Positions 11,324-21,871 are shown, counted from the stretch's first letter. The stretch is DNA of 64,000 nt from an uncultured Candidatus Rokubacteria bacterium (GCA_963804185.1 CAWDPM010000018.1:156848-220847); one strand, 5' to 3'. Translations and numbers: made by a program. The notes: generated from the letters alone by a model not told the origin.

Positions 11324-12412
11324 CTAGGGGACCCGGCGCGGCGCGGTCTGGAGCAGCTCCCCCAGATCCTTCTTCCAGAATCTCGCCTGGGCGGTGGTGC
11401 CGTGGCCGGCGGTCTGATCGCTGGCGGGAATCAGCAGTACGCGGCCGTGCGTCACGCGCGTGATCTCGTGGTCGAGCACCCCGAGCTCCGGCGGGTTGCG
11501 CTCGTCGTCCGCTGAGTTGATCGCCAGCAGCACCGCCTGGATGCGGTCGAGGCCCGGCGCGGCGTTGTAGTCGCGCGACGAATCCCACTGGTACAGATGG
11601 TCGTTGGCATCGCCCCTGAACGGCGCGCTCAGGCGCTGGTCGAGCAGCTGGTCCGCCTTCTCGCGCGTCGCCGCGGCCTTGTGGAGCGCCTGGTTCCCCC
11701 CATTGGTGGCGATGCCGTAGAAGACGGACGCGAACTGAAGGCTGCGCGGCTGCGCCGTGTAGTTGCCGTTCATCCACTCCGGGTCGCGACGGATGGAGTC
11801 GATGATCAGGCGGCGGGTCATCCAGTTGCGGCCGGACATCTCGGTCGGCAACGACGCCATGGGCACCGCAATGTCCATGAACGCGGGATATTTCTGGGCC
11901 CAGAGCCAGGTCTGCATGCCGCCCATCGAGTTTCCCAGCACGAGCCGCAGGCGGCGCACGCCCAGGTGCTCGGTGACCAGCCGGTACTGCGCCTCGACCA
12001 TGTCGTCGTAGTTATACCGTGGAAAGGCCGTGCGCAGGCCGTCCGAGGGTTTGCTCGACTTACCGGTGCCGATCGCGTCCGGCAGAATGAGGTAGTGGCG
12101 GCTGGCGTCCAGCGGTTGCCCGAGTCCGAAGAGCTCGCCGGCGAAGGCTGGCGTCAGCATGCCGGCACCCGATCCGGTCGTGCCGTGCAGGATGAGGACC
12201 GGCTCGCCCGTGGGCGCGCCCACGGTCGTGTAGTGGAGACGCAGCTCGGGCAGAACCTCGCCCGTGTGAAAGCGGAAGTCGCGCACGACCCAGTCGCCTT
12301 CCTTCGGCGTCGGGTAGTCGGCGGCCAGGGCCGGAAGGACGGCCAAGAGTGATGCCAGGGTCACGATCGCCCGGTTGAGAAGGCTGGTCAGCCTCATGTC
12401 GACCTCCTTCAT
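11324..12412 (-). CDS. Secreted alpha/beta-hydrolase (MetX/homoserine acetyltransferase-like fold)
   Basis: Signal peptide (LASLLAVLPALAADYP). The nucleophile elbow is GNSMGGMQ, typical of the MetX-like alpha/beta-hydrolase subfamily. Confidence 0.6.
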   Translation of the reverse strand: MKEVDMRLTSLLNRAIVTLASLLAVLPALAADYPTPKEGDWVVRDFRFHTGEVLPELRLHYTTVGAPTGEPVLILHGTTGSGAGMLTPAFAGELFGLGQPLDASRHYLILPDAIGTGKSSKPSDGLRTAFPRYNYDDMVEAQYRLVTEHLGVRRLRLVLGNSMGGMQTWLWAQKYPAFMDIAVPMASLPTEMSGRNWMTRRLIIDSIRRDPEWMNGNYTAQPRSLQFASVFYGIATNGGNQALHKAAATREKADQLLDQRLSAPFRGDANDHLYQWDSSRDYNAAPGLDRIQAVLLAINSADDERNPPELGVLDHEITRVTHGRVLLIPASDQTAGHGTTAQARFWKKDLGELLQTAPRRVP

Positions 12413-12522
12413 GACCCATCAGGTCATGTGCGAGCACGGTGAGCGGGAAACGAGCCGCTCGACGCCGCCGAGGATCTGCCCGGCAAGGCGCCTCGTCAAG
12501 TAGCCGGGGGCGAGCTTTAGGC

Positions 12523-13017
12523 ATGGCCGGCAAGCAGAGCGCGGGGCTGCTCCTCTACCGGCGCCACCAAGGCGTCTGGCAGGTGTTCCTCGTCCATCCT
12601 GGAGGCCCCTTCTGGAAGGCCAAGGACTTGGGCGCATGGTCCATCCCGAAGGGCGAGTTCGAGGCCGGCGAGGACCCGCTCGAGGCGGCGAAGCGCGAGT
12701 TCCGCGAGGAGACCGGCCTCGTGATCGAAGGTGACGCCCTCGCGCTCACGCCGATCAAGCAGACGGGTGGCAAGCTGATCCACGCCTGGGCAATGGAGGG
12801 AGACTGCGACCCGGGCGCGATGCGGAGCAATACGTTCTCGATCGAGTGGCCGCCGCGCTCCGGCAGAGTGCGCCAGTTCCCCGAGGTCGACCGTGGCGAG
12901 TGGTTCGGGCTGGATGACGCGCAGGAGAGGCTCACGAAGGGGCAGCGCGGCTTCGTCGACCAGCTTCGCGCGCTGCTTCTGCCGGAGGGGCCTCCGCCAG
13001 ATGCTTGGCACGCATGA
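12523..13017 (+). CDS. NUDIX hydrolase
   Basis: NUDIX box GEFEAGEDPLEAAKREFREETGL. The start is chosen at the internal ATG (MAGKQSAGLLLY). The longer ORF from 12439 is an Arg-rich extension. Confidence 0.75.
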   Translation: MAGKQSAGLLLYRRHQGVWQVFLVHPGGPFWKAKDLGAWSIPKGEFEAGEDPLEAAKREFREETGLVIEGDALALTPIKQTGGKLIHAWAMEGDCDPGAMRSNTFSIEWPPRSGRVRQFPEVDRGEWFGLDDAQERLTKGQRGFVDQLRALLLPEGPPPDAWHA

Positions 13018-14249
13018 GCGGCTGGAGCGGCTGGGGAACCCGGCTCCTCACAGACCCGGGTGACTGGCAGGTCGCCGCGCTGCGTCGGCCCGTGCGCTAC
13101 TATGGCGAGGTCGACGGCGCGGCGATGCGATCCCAACCAGGGGAGACGCCTTCTCGGATTGGCATCATCGGCGCGGGCCCCGCCGGCGCAGCGACGGCTC
13201 TCCGCCTGGGGCAGCTGGGCGTGCCTGACGTCGTGCTCGTCGACCGGGACGAGTTTCCCCGCGACAAGACCTGTGGCAGCGGCGTCTCGCCCAAGGGTAT
13301 CCAGACGCTCAAGCGGCTGGGCGTGTGGGATCTCGTAGAGCGGCACGCCTACTGGATTCGGGGGGTCCGGCTCGTGACCCCTCGGGATCGGGAGCTCTGC
13401 TTGTCCGGCGGTGATTCGACGTCCGCGGTGATCTGCAACCGCCGGACGCTCGACGAGATCCTGCTCCAGCAGGCCCGCGCGCTCGGGGTCCGGTTCTTGC
13501 CACGGTTCCAGGTCACGGCTCTCCTCCGGGAAGGCGAGCGGGTTGTCGGCTTCGCGGCGCGCGACGGGCGCGAGGTGCGTGCCGCGTGCACCGTCGTGGC
13601 CGATGGCGCGCACTCGGTGTTGTCTCCCGCGACGAGATCCCGCCGGCTGATGCAGACCATCATGGGATGGTGGGACCACGTGCCGTTCCAGCCTCACACC
13701 GTCGAGATGGTCTTCGACCGCATGGTGACGCCCGGCTATGGGTGGCTCTTTCCCGAGAACGAGACCCGCGTCAGCATCGGCATCTGCTACGAGGACACCG
13801 CCCACGAACGGAACGCCCGCCGGCTGTTCGAGCGGTTCCTGGCCAAGCACTATGCCGACCGGCTCGCGGCCGCCACGGCCGTTGGCCGATGGAAGGGCCA
13901 TCCCATCGCCTATCGGTTCCGAGTGGGACGCTTGTCGTCACCCGGGCGCCTCGCCGTCGGAGAGGCCGGCGGGTTCGCTCACCCGGCGACGGCGGAGGGC
14001 ATCTATCAGGGGATGCACTCGGGCATCCTGGCTGGTGAGGCGCTGGCTGCGGTCGCGCACGGGCAGGCCGAGGAGCCGATGGCCTTCGCCGCGTACGAGT
14101 CGCGGTGCCGTCGAGCCTTCCAGCGCTCGTTTCAGGGGGCCCGCCTCTGGCGGGCGGCTCTCTGGACACCGCTCCCGGACTGGATCGTCGCGTTGATCCG
14201 CCGCCCGGGGCTCCAGACCGCGGTCGGCCGGCTGATGGCCGGCATGTAG
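13005..14249 (+). CDS. FAD-dependent oxidoreductase, geranylgeranyl reductase family
   Basis: Rossmann dinucleotide motif IGIIGAGPAGAATA, and a DGAHS-type motif ADGAHSVL. The start may be the ATG at 13014, which overlaps the NUDIX stop as ATGA. Confidence 0.7.
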   Translation: MARMSGWSGWGTRLLTDPGDWQVAALRRPVRYYGEVDGAAMRSQPGETPSRIGIIGAGPAGAATALRLGQLGVPDVVLVDRDEFPRDKTCGSGVSPKGIQTLKRLGVWDLVERHAYWIRGVRLVTPRDRELCLSGGDSTSAVICNRRTLDEILLQQARALGVRFLPRFQVTALLREGERVVGFAARDGREVRAACTVVADGAHSVLSPATRSRRLMQTIMGWWDHVPFQPHTVEMVFDRMVTPGYGWLFPENETRVSIGICYEDTAHERNARRLFERFLAKHYADRLAAATAVGRWKGHPIAYRFRVGRLSSPGRLAVGEAGGFAHPATAEGIYQGMHSGILAGEALAAVAHGQAEEPMAFAAYESRCRRAFQRSFQGARLWRAALWTPLPDWIVALIRRPGLQTAVGRLMAGM

Positions 14250-14386
14250 CGCCCCGGCAGCGCCCGCGCGACGCGGGCGTCTTGACGCCGGGAAAGGCGC
14301 CAACCATAGTTGGGCGAGCCCGGAGGCGAAATCGTGCTCCTTGTCGGCCCGCACCCGTCACGACGGCGACCCGAAGGCCTCCCCTG

Positions 14387-15367
14387 ATGCGCTTCGGCGT
14401 CATCGGCGCCGGCAGCATGGGCTCGCTCTACGGCGGCCTGCTCGCCCGGGCCGGCTTCGACGTGACGCTCGTCGACCTCTGGCAGGAGCACGTCGACCTT
14501 ATCCGGCGGGACGGGCTTCACCTGGACGGGATCACGGGCGACCTGCGGATCCCCGTCAAGGCGACCACCCGGGTGGAGGACGTGTCGCCCGTCGACTGCG
14601 CCATCATCCTCACCGACGCCAACTCGACCCGCGAGGCGGCGCAGACGGCCCGGCGTGTGCTGGGCTCGGAGGGGTTCGCCCTCACCCTTCAGAACGGCAT
14701 CGGCAACGTGGAGACGCTCGGCGAGGCGCTCGGCGCGGGGCGGGTCATGGGCGGTACGTCGAACCACAGCGCCGCCCTCCAGGCCCCGGGCCACGTGACC
14801 CACACGCACGCGGCGCCGACCTGGATCGGGGAGCTGGACGGCCGGCGGACAGGGCGCCTCGGCGAGGCGGAAGAGGCCCTGGCCCGAGCCGGCTTCACCC
14901 CCGTCGTCGTCGACAACATCCTCGCCCATATCTGGAACAAGTTCGTCCTCAACTGCGGCATCAACGCGATCAGCGCGGTCACTGGGCTGCGCCTCGGGGA
15001 GATCGTGCGCACGCCGGCGGTGGACGAGCTCCAGACGCGAGTGATCGAGGAGGTGCTGGCGGTCGTCCGCGCCAAGGGCGTCGTCCTGACGGACCCTGAC
15101 CCGATGCGGACGATCAAGGAACACTGCCGGAAGAAGTACAACAAGCCGTCGACGCTCCAGCACGTCGAGCAGGGGAAGCGCACGGAGATCGACGCCCTCA
15201 ACGGGGCCCTCGTGCGCGAAGCGAGGCGGCTCGGCATGCCGACGCCCTACAACGACGCCGTCACCCTTCTCCTCAAGGGAGTCGAGAAGCACTCGGCACA
15301 GACCCTCCGCGGGCCGGCGATCGACTACGACCGCCTGGAGGCGGAGGCGGCGAAGGAGCACGGCTGA
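14387..15367 (+). CDS. panE: 2-dehydropantoate 2-reductase (ketopantoate reductase)
   Basis: MRFGVIGAGSMGSLYGGLLARAG Rossmann N-terminus and a conserved ApbA/PanE C-terminal domain (NKFVLNCGINAISAVT, KPSTLQHVEQGKRTEID). Confidence 0.8.
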   Translation: MRFGVIGAGSMGSLYGGLLARAGFDVTLVDLWQEHVDLIRRDGLHLDGITGDLRIPVKATTRVEDVSPVDCAIILTDANSTREAAQTARRVLGSEGFALTLQNGIGNVETLGEALGAGRVMGGTSNHSAALQAPGHVTHTHAAPTWIGELDGRRTGRLGEAEEALARAGFTPVVVDNILAHIWNKFVLNCGINAISAVTGLRLGEIVRTPAVDELQTRVIEEVLAVVRAKGVVLTDPDPMRTIKEHCRKKYNKPSTLQHVEQGKRTEIDALNGALVREARRLGMPTPYNDAVTLLLKGVEKHSAQTLRGPAIDYDRLEAEAAKEHG

Positions 15368-15443
15368 CACCCGGTCGGCGTCGTCACCACGCGTCCAGGA
15401 TCGCATCGCGGGCGACGCCAGACCGACCCGGGAGGCATCGACG

Positions 15444-15701
15444 ATGGGTACGCTCATCACCACGCCGTCGACCGCGACCGGGTACCAGGCCCGCTTCGCG
15501 TGCTCGATGGTGCTCTGGGAGCGGGCGCGCCACCTGATCAATCACGACGTCCGGCGGATCGTACCGGTTCCGCTCTACATGAACCGCGCCCAGGGCTGCC
15601 GGAAGTGGGACGCGGAAGGGGACATCGACGATGCGGTCGGCCGATTCGCGCGAGCGCTCCGCCGGGTGACGCGAGAAGGGGTGCTGGCGCCGGGGCGCTG
15701 A
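15444..15701 (+). CDS. Hypothetical small protein (85 aa)
   Basis: This ORF has high third-position GC bias, consistent with coding, in the 450-bp gap before the Liv transporter. No recognisable family. Confidence 0.2.
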   Translation: MGTLITTPSTATGYQARFACSMVLWERARHLINHDVRRIVPVPLYMNRAQGCRKWDAEGDIDDAVGRFARALRRVTREGVLAPGR

Positions 15702-15819
15702 CCGGAAGCTCGGGGCCGCCGCGGCCAGAGGGGGTGAGGCGAAAAGCAAACGGGGCAGGGCACTGCTGGTGGCAGGAGCGCCGCGGTCGCGGCGCGAGAT
15801 CAACCAGGGAGGGACGGGC

Positions 15820-16972
15820 GATGAGCTACGGACAACGTGTCGTGGTGGCACTGGGGACGGTCGCGCTCCTGCTGGGGCCGGGCACTGGCCCGCCGGCGGT
15901 CGAGGCCCAGCAGGTGGTCAAGATCGGCGTCGAGGGACCCATCACGGGGCCGCTCGCCAAGATGGGCCAGGAGCTGGCCAACGCCGTCAAGCTGGCGGCG
16001 GAGGACTGGAACAAGAAGGAGGGCGGCGTCCTCGGGAAGAAGATCGAGGTCGTCGAGCTGGACGACCAGAACAACCCGCAGGCGGGGGTGTCCGCGGCGG
16101 AGAAGGCGGTCGCGGATCCCGCGGTGCTGGGCGTGGTGATCGGAGTGGCCAGCGCCATCTGCATCCCCGCGTCGGAGGTCTTCGAGCGGGCGAATCTCGC
16201 GATGATCAGCCCGGGCTGCAGCAGTCCGAAGGTGACGGACCGGGGTCTGAAGGTGACCAACCGAGTCTGCGCGCGGGACGACTTCCAGGGGCCGGCGATG
16301 GCGATCTTCGCCGTCCAGGAGCTCAAGGCCAAGAAGCTCGCGATCTTCGACGACGGCACCACGGGACCGCGGGTGGGTGCGGACGAGGTGGAGAAGAAGG
16401 CGAAGGCGCTCGGGGCGACGACCCACCGCTATGTCATCCGTTCCGGGGACAAGGATTTTCGCGCCGTCCTCGGCACGATTCCCAAGGACATCGACGTCAT
16501 CGTGCCCGTCCTCTGGGCTCCCGACGCCGCCCTCATCGCCAAGCAGCTCCCCGACGTGGGCCTGAAGGTCCGGATGGTGGGCCCCGACGGGCAGTTCGAG
16601 CCGGTCGACTACATCGAGGCCTCCGGCGGCGCCGCGGAGGGGAACTACGTCACGTTCTTCGTGCCCGACATGAAGAAGGTCCCGGCCGCGGTCGAGTTCG
16701 TGAAGGCATACGAGGCCAAGTACGGGCCGCTCTCCTCCTACGGGCCGCTGGCGTACGAGGGGGCCAACATCATCCTGACGGCGATCAAGAAGGTGGGAAA
16801 GGCCGACCGGGCGGCCGTCCGCGACGCGGTCCGGGCCACGAAGGGCTACCGGGGGATCCTCGGGCAGGACATCACGTTCAACGAGAAGGGCGACGTGGCG
16901 AACCCGGTGCTCTACGTCTACCAGGTCAAGGGCAAGAGTTTCGAGCTGATCAAGCCCGTCGTCGTGAAGTAG
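15820..16972 (+). CDS. Branched-chain amino acid ABC transporter substrate-binding protein (LivJ/LivK family)
   Basis: Signal peptide followed by VKIGVEGPITGPLA...GQEL and a periplasmic binding protein type I fold signature. The start is at MSYGQR. Confidence 0.85.
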
Positions 16973-16989
16973 GGTCTTCCGCCAGCGGG

Positions 16990-17772
16990 ATGGCGCTCTT
17001 CGAGACGGCAGGGCTGACGAAGGACTTCGGGGGGCTCCGGGCGGTCGACGCCCTCGACCTCCGCGTCGAGGACGGCGAGATCGTCGGGCTGATCGGCCCA
17101 AACGGCTCGGGCAAGACGACCGTGTTCAACGTGATCACGGGTCTCCACCGGGCCACCGCGGGCCGTGTCCGCTTCGATCACGGCCGCCGGGAGCTGACCG
17201 CCCTGCCGTCTCACGCCATCACCGCGGCCGGCATCGCGCGCACCTTCCAGAACCAGCGCCTCTTCGGTCAGATGACCGTCCTCGAGAACGTGCTGGTGGG
17301 TATGCACTGTCGGACTCGCGCGGGAATCGCGGGTATCCTCCTGGGCACCCCGGGGACGCGGGCGGAGAAGCGCCGGGCGCGAGAACGTGCCGCGGAGCTG
17401 CTCGCGCTTTTCGGCAGCCGGCTCCTGCCCCGGGCCGATCGGCCGGCCCGGACACTCTCCTATGCCAACCGGCGCCGGCTGGAGATCGCCCGCGCGCTCG
17501 GCACCGCTCCGCGGCTCCTCCTGCTGGACGAGCCGGCGGCAGGGATGAACCCGACCGAGACGCAGGAGCTGATGGGCGACATCCGGCGCATCCGCGACGA
17601 AGGTATCGCCATCCTGCTCATCGAGCACGACATGCGGCTGGTGCGGGGCATCTGCGAGCGGGTCGTCGCCCTCGACCACGGCCTCAAGATCGCGGAGGGC
17701 ACCTTCGAGGAGGTGCGCGACACCCCCGCGCTGCTCGAGGCCTACCTCGGCCGCCGAGGCGCCCGTGCTTAA
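16990..17772 (+). CDS. Branched-chain amino acid ABC transporter ATP-binding protein (LivG-like)
   Basis: Walker A GPNGSGKTT, ABC signature LSYANRRRLEIARAL, Walker B LLLLDEPAAGMN. Confidence 0.85.
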   Translation: MALFETAGLTKDFGGLRAVDALDLRVEDGEIVGLIGPNGSGKTTVFNVITGLHRATAGRVRFDHGRRELTALPSHAITAAGIARTFQNQRLFGQMTVLENVLVGMHCRTRAGIAGILLGTPGTRAEKRRARERAAELLALFGSRLLPRADRPARTLSYANRRRLEIARALGTAPRLLLLDEPAAGMNPTETQELMGDIRRIRDEGIAILLIEHDMRLVRGICERVVALDHGLKIAEGTFEEVRDTPALLEAYLGRRGARA

Positions 17773-18478
17773 GCTCAAGGACGTCGTCACGTTCTACGGC
17801 GCGCTCCGGGCGCTCCAGGGGGTGACCCTGGAGGTGCACGAGGGCGAGATCGTGTGCCTGCTCGGCGGCAACGCCTCGGGCAAGTCGACGACGATGAAGA
17901 CGATCCTCGGGATGGTGCGGCCGAGCGCCGGGCGCGTGGAATTTGAAGGGCAGCGGATCGACCATCTCCCGACCGAGACGGTCGTCCGGCGGGGGATCTC
18001 GCTCGTGCCGGAGGCGCGTCGCATCTTCGGGCGCATGACGGTCTGGGAGAACCTGGCCATGGGGGCCCTGGTCCGGCGGGGCGCGCCAGCTCCCGAGGTG
18101 GCCCAGGACCTCGAGCGCGTCTACGCGCTCTTTCCCCGGCTCAGGGAGCGGGCCCGGCAGCTGGGGGGCACCCTGTCCGGGGGCGAGCAGCAAATGCTGG
18201 CCATCGGGCGCGCGCTGATGGCGCGTCCGCGGCTGCTCCTCATGGACGAGCCCTCGATGGGCCTGGCGCCCGTGCTGGTGGACCAGGTCTTCGACATCAT
18301 CCAGACGATCAACCGGCAGGGCACGACGATCCTCGTGGTGGAGCAGAACGCCGCGGTGGCCCTCGGCATCGCCAGCCGGGGGTACGTGCTGCAGAACGGG
18401 CGGATCGTCGTGCACGACACGGCGGAGACGCTACTCCGGGCGGACCACATCCGTCGCGCCTACCTCGGGGAGAACTGA
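17765..18478 (+). CDS. Branched-chain amino acid ABC transporter ATP-binding protein (LivF-like)
   Basis: Walker A GGNASGKST, signature LSGGEQQMLAIGRAL, Walker B LLLMDEPSMGLAP. It overlaps the upstream gene. Confidence 0.85.
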   Translation: MLKLKDVVTFYGALRALQGVTLEVHEGEIVCLLGGNASGKSTTMKTILGMVRPSAGRVEFEGQRIDHLPTETVVRRGISLVPEARRIFGRMTVWENLAMGALVRRGAPAPEVAQDLERVYALFPRLRERARQLGGTLSGGEQQMLAIGRALMARPRLLLMDEPSMGLAPVLVDQVFDIIQTINRQGTTILVVEQNAAVALGIASRGYVLQNGRIVVHDTAETLLRADHIRRAYLGEN

Positions 18479-18523
18479 CACCACCGTGAACACCTCATCC
18501 CGACGACGCGACCCGTACGCACA

Positions 18524-19519
18524 ATGTGGTGGGGGGGCGCGGGGGAGGAGTGGCGCCGCTCCCCCCCGCGAAGACTGATCGTGGACGTGCTCCAGATCCT
18601 GCCCCAGCAGCTCGTCTTCGGCCTGGCGCTGGGGACCGTCTACGGGCTGATCGCGCTCGGCTACACGATGGTCTACGGCATCCTCTTCATGATCAACTTC
18701 GCCCACGGCGACGTGTTCATGATCGGCTCCTACATCGGCTGGGGCGTCCTCGTCGCCGTCATCAACGCCCAGGTCGGCGGGCTCCACCCCCTCTGGGTCG
18801 TCCCGCTGATGCTGGTGGTCGCCATGGTCGGCGCTGGGTTCCTCGGCGCGGGCCTCGAGCGCTTCGCTTACCGGCCGCTGTACGCGCGCGGCGCCACCCG
18901 GCTCGGGCCGCTGATCAGCGCGGTGGGGGCCTCCCTCTTTCTGCAGAACGCCGTCATGCTGACCCTGGGCGCCCGGATGAAGGTCTACATGACCAACGTC
19001 CTGTTCCCGCGAACGTGGCGGATCCAGGTGGGCAGCGTGAACGTCTCGGTGCTGGTCGTGGTCATGATGGGCGTCGCCCTCCTGATGATGTGGGGTCTGC
19101 ACGTGCTCGTGCAGCGGACCACGCTCGGGCGGTCGATCCGGGCGGTCGCCGAGGACCGCGAGATGGCGGCGATCATGGGCGTCAACGTCCGTCGGGTGAT
19201 CGCGACCACCTTCTTCCTCGGCTCGGCGCTGGGCGGGGCGGCGGGAGTGCTGGTCGGGCTCTACTACACGCAGATCGACTTCTTCATGGGGTACTCGGCG
19301 GGACTCAAGGCATTCACCGCCGCGGTGCTGGGCGGGATCGGGAACATCCGGGGCGCCATGCTCGGCGGGCTCGTCCTGGGCATCATCGAGAGCCTCGCGG
19401 TGACGTTCGTGAACCCGGCGTTCAAGGACGTCATCGCCTTCCTCATCCTGATCCTCACCCTCGTGTTCCGACCCACCGGGCTCCTGGGTGAGTCCTTGCC
19501 CGACTGGGAGAAGGTCTAG
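18524..19519 (+). CDS. Branched-chain amino acid ABC transporter permease (LivH-like)
   Basis: LALGYTMVYGILFMINFAHGD is characteristic of LivH. It is polytopic. The exact start is uncertain and is probably internal to the listed ORF. Confidence 0.8.
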   Translation: MWWGGAGEEWRRSPPRRLIVDVLQILPQQLVFGLALGTVYGLIALGYTMVYGILFMINFAHGDVFMIGSYIGWGVLVAVINAQVGGLHPLWVVPLMLVVAMVGAGFLGAGLERFAYRPLYARGATRLGPLISAVGASLFLQNAVMLTLGARMKVYMTNVLFPRTWRIQVGSVNVSVLVVVMMGVALLMMWGLHVLVQRTTLGRSIRAVAEDREMAAIMGVNVRRVIATTFFLGSALGGAAGVLVGLYYTQIDFFMGYSAGLKAFTAAVLGGIGNIRGAMLGGLVLGIIESLAVTFVNPAFKDVIAFLILILTLVFRPTGLLGESLPDWEKV

Positions 19520-19522
19520 ACG

Positions 19523-20527
19523 GTGGGCGGCCCCGCGAAGCGGCTGACGCTCGTCGCCGGGGTCGTCGTCGCCGCGCTCGTCGTGCCCCTGCTGGCCCCC
19601 AACGACTACGTGATCGGGGTGCTGACCCGCATCTGCCTCTACGCCACGCTGGCGCTCGGGCTCAACATCGTGGTGGGATTCGCCGGCCTGCTCGACCTCG
19701 GGTACGTGGCGTTCTTCGGGATCGGCTCGTACCTCTATGCCTTCCTCGCCTCTCCGCACTTCGGCGTCCACCTGCCGTTCCTGCTGGCGCTCCCGATCAT
19801 CATCGTGGCGACGGCGGTGTCCGGGATCCTGATCGGAGCGCCGACGCTCCGCCTGCGGGGCGACTACCTGGCGATCGTGACCTTGGGGTTCGGCGAGATC
19901 ACCTACCTCCTGCTGATCAACCTGGACCGGGATCCGGTGAACATCACCGGGGGCCCGAACGGCATCATCGCCATCGACGCTCCCGCGCTGGCCGGGTTCG
20001 TCTTCTCGCGTAACATCGAGTACTACTACCTGTTCCTGACCGCCCTCCTCCTCGTGCTGGGCGCCTCGGTCCGCCTCCGCGATTCCAGGATCGGCTGGGC
20101 CTGGCAGGCGATCCGGGAGGACGAGCTGGCCGCCCGCGCCATGGGGATCAACACGACCGTGGCGAAGCTGCAGGCGTTCGCGATCGGCGCCGCCTTCGCC
20201 GGGATCGGCGGCGCCTTCCTGGCGTCCTGGCAGCGGTCGGTCTTCCCCGACAACTTCCTGTTCACGGAGTCCGTGAACATCCTCGCCATGGTGATCCTGG
20301 GGGGCATGGGGAACCTGGTCGGCGTGCTGCTGGGGGCGGCGCTGCTCGTCGCCTTTCCGGAGATCTTCCGGGACTTCCAGGTCTACCGGATGCTGGTGTT
20401 CGGGCTCCTGCTGATGGTCCTCATGATCTTCCGCCCGCACGGGCTGCTCGCCGTCCGGAGCCGGCGCGAGGAGGAGCCGGCGGTCGAGCGGGTCGCGGAG
20501 GAGGAGGGGGCCGGAGCCTCCCTGTGA
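19523..20527 (+). CDS. Branched-chain amino acid ABC transporter permease (LivM-like)
   Basis: LALGLNIVVGFAGLLDLGYVAFFGIGSY is characteristic of LivM. It is polytopic and immediately follows LivH. Confidence 0.8.
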   Translation: MGGPAKRLTLVAGVVVAALVVPLLAPNDYVIGVLTRICLYATLALGLNIVVGFAGLLDLGYVAFFGIGSYLYAFLASPHFGVHLPFLLALPIIIVATAVSGILIGAPTLRLRGDYLAIVTLGFGEITYLLLINLDRDPVNITGGPNGIIAIDAPALAGFVFSRNIEYYYLFLTALLLVLGASVRLRDSRIGWAWQAIREDELAARAMGINTTVAKLQAFAIGAAFAGIGGAFLASWQRSVFPDNFLFTESVNILAMVILGGMGNLVGVLLGAALLVAFPEIFRDFQVYRMLVFGLLLMVLMIFRPHGLLAVRSRREEEPAVERVAEEEGAGASL

Positions 20528-20610
20528 CGCGCCGGGTGGGCGCGATCCTACTGCTCTCCGTTTGCAATCTATCAGACCCGGCCTGCGATGGTGCTCGTCG
20601 AGCGCGCGGG

Positions 20611-20630
20611 CCGGACGCGTCCGGCGTTTC
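20611..20630 (+). terminator. Candidate intrinsic terminator of the liv operon
   Basis: Perfect 14-bp palindrome CCGGACGCGTCCGG followed by CGTTTCG, about 85 bp after the LivM stop. Confidence 0.35.
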
Positions 20631-20842
20631 GCGTCCCGGCGGCCAGCGGAGCCAGGTACCAAGGCCAGGACCTCGTGTTCTGGGACCCACGTGGCGAAGC
20701 GTCGGTGATCTGGTCGGGCCTCGCCCTCGCGTGCCACCGCCGCTGAGCGACGTGCCGCCCGCTCGCCACGCGCCGCATCCTCTCACGGCCTCATCGCCGC
20801 TGGGCTGGAGTCTGGCACGGAGGTTGCTGGACTTCCCGCGTC

Positions 20843-21871
20843 ATGCCGGGGATGCGGCTCGTCGCCTGGGTGTCGCTGAGCCTTCTGGCGGTCCTCCCGG
20901 CCGCCGCCCTCGACAGTGCGCCGATCCCGGGGCCGTCCGCGCCGGAGTCCGCCGAGCTCCGGACGGAGATCGATCGGCTGCAGAGCCGGCTGGATCGGCT
21001 TGAAGCCGCGCAGGCCGCATTACCCCGGTCGCTGCACGCCTTCGAGTTGCCGATGCGTCTGGAGTTCGCTGGAGAGGGCGTGCCGCTGACCCGGTGGGAC
21101 GTGGCGGAGCGACTCGAGCGGGAGTTTTTCCTCTCCCTGGGGAATCCCGCCCAAGTGGTTCTCTGGCTCAAGCGCAGTGCCCGGTACTTCCCGTACATCG
21201 AGCGTGAGCTCAGCCGAGCGGGGCTCCCCGAGGATCTCAAGTACGTAGCGGTGATCGAGAGCGCGCTCCTGCCGAGCGCCTACTCGCACGCCAGCGCGTT
21301 GGGCATCTGGCAGTTCATCGCTTCGACGGCTAGGCGGTACGGGTTAGCGGTCTCCTCGGGCTGGGACGAGCGACGGAATCCCGAGCGTTCCACCGCTGCC
21401 GCTCTCGCCTATCTTCGAGAGCTGCGCCAGCGCTTCGGCGACTGGCCACTGGCTCTCGCGGCGTACAACGCCGGGGAGGGCCGCGTCGATCAAGCCATGC
21501 GTCAGCAGGGTGTGTCGAGCTACTACCAGCTCGCCCTCGCCGCGGAAACCGAGCGCTACGTCTTCCGCGCGCTCGCCGCGAAGCTGATCCTCTCCGAACC
21601 GGAGCGGTACGGCTTCGAGGTCGCACAGGAGCAGCGGTACCGCCCCTACGACGCCGACGTGGTCGGGGTCGAGCTCCGCGATCGCGTGGCGGTGGCCGAG
21701 CTCGCGCGGCAGGCCGGCTCGTTCTACCGGGAGCTCAAGGCCTTCAACCCCGAGATCGTCGACGACTGGCTGGCGAAGGGGCGCTACGAGCTCCGCGTTC
21801 CAAAGGGACACGGGCCCGCTCTCCGCGCGGCGCTCGGAGCACCGACCCGGACGATCGGCGCCGTTCGCTAG
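20843..21871 (+). CDS. Secreted lytic transglycosylase (SLT domain, MltD/Slt family)
   Basis: Signal peptide, coiled coil, then an SLT catalytic region (ES...GIWQFIASTARRYGL...AAYNAGEGRV). Confidence 0.75.
   Translation: MPGMRLVAWVSLSLLAVLPAAALDSAPIPGPSAPESAELRTEIDRLQSRLDRLEAAQAALPRSLHAFELPMRLEFAGEGVPLTRWDVAERLEREFFLSLGNPAQVVLWLKRSARYFPYIERELSRAGLPEDLKYVAVIESALLPSAYSHASALGIWQFIASTARRYGLAVSSGWDERRNPERSTAAALAYLRELRQRFGDWPLALAAYNAGEGRVDQAMRQQGVSSYYQLALAAETERYVFRALAAKLILSEPERYGFEVAQEQRYRPYDADVVGVELRDRVAVAELARQAGSFYRELKAFNPEIVDDWLAKGRYELRVPKGHGPALRAALGAPTRTIGAVR

Noticed and set aside
15500-15819. N-terminal 107 codons of ORF 15500-16972 upstream of the LivK-like signal peptide
   Set aside because: Low-complexity Arg/Gly-rich translation. 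The real start is at MSYGQR (15820), preceded by GGAGGGA.
15769-17772. 667-aa ORF apparently fusing the substrate-binding region to the LivG ATPase
   Set aside because: Only the last 260 aa (from MALFETAG at 16990) are LivG. The upstream part is an out-of-frame shadow of the LivK-like gene.
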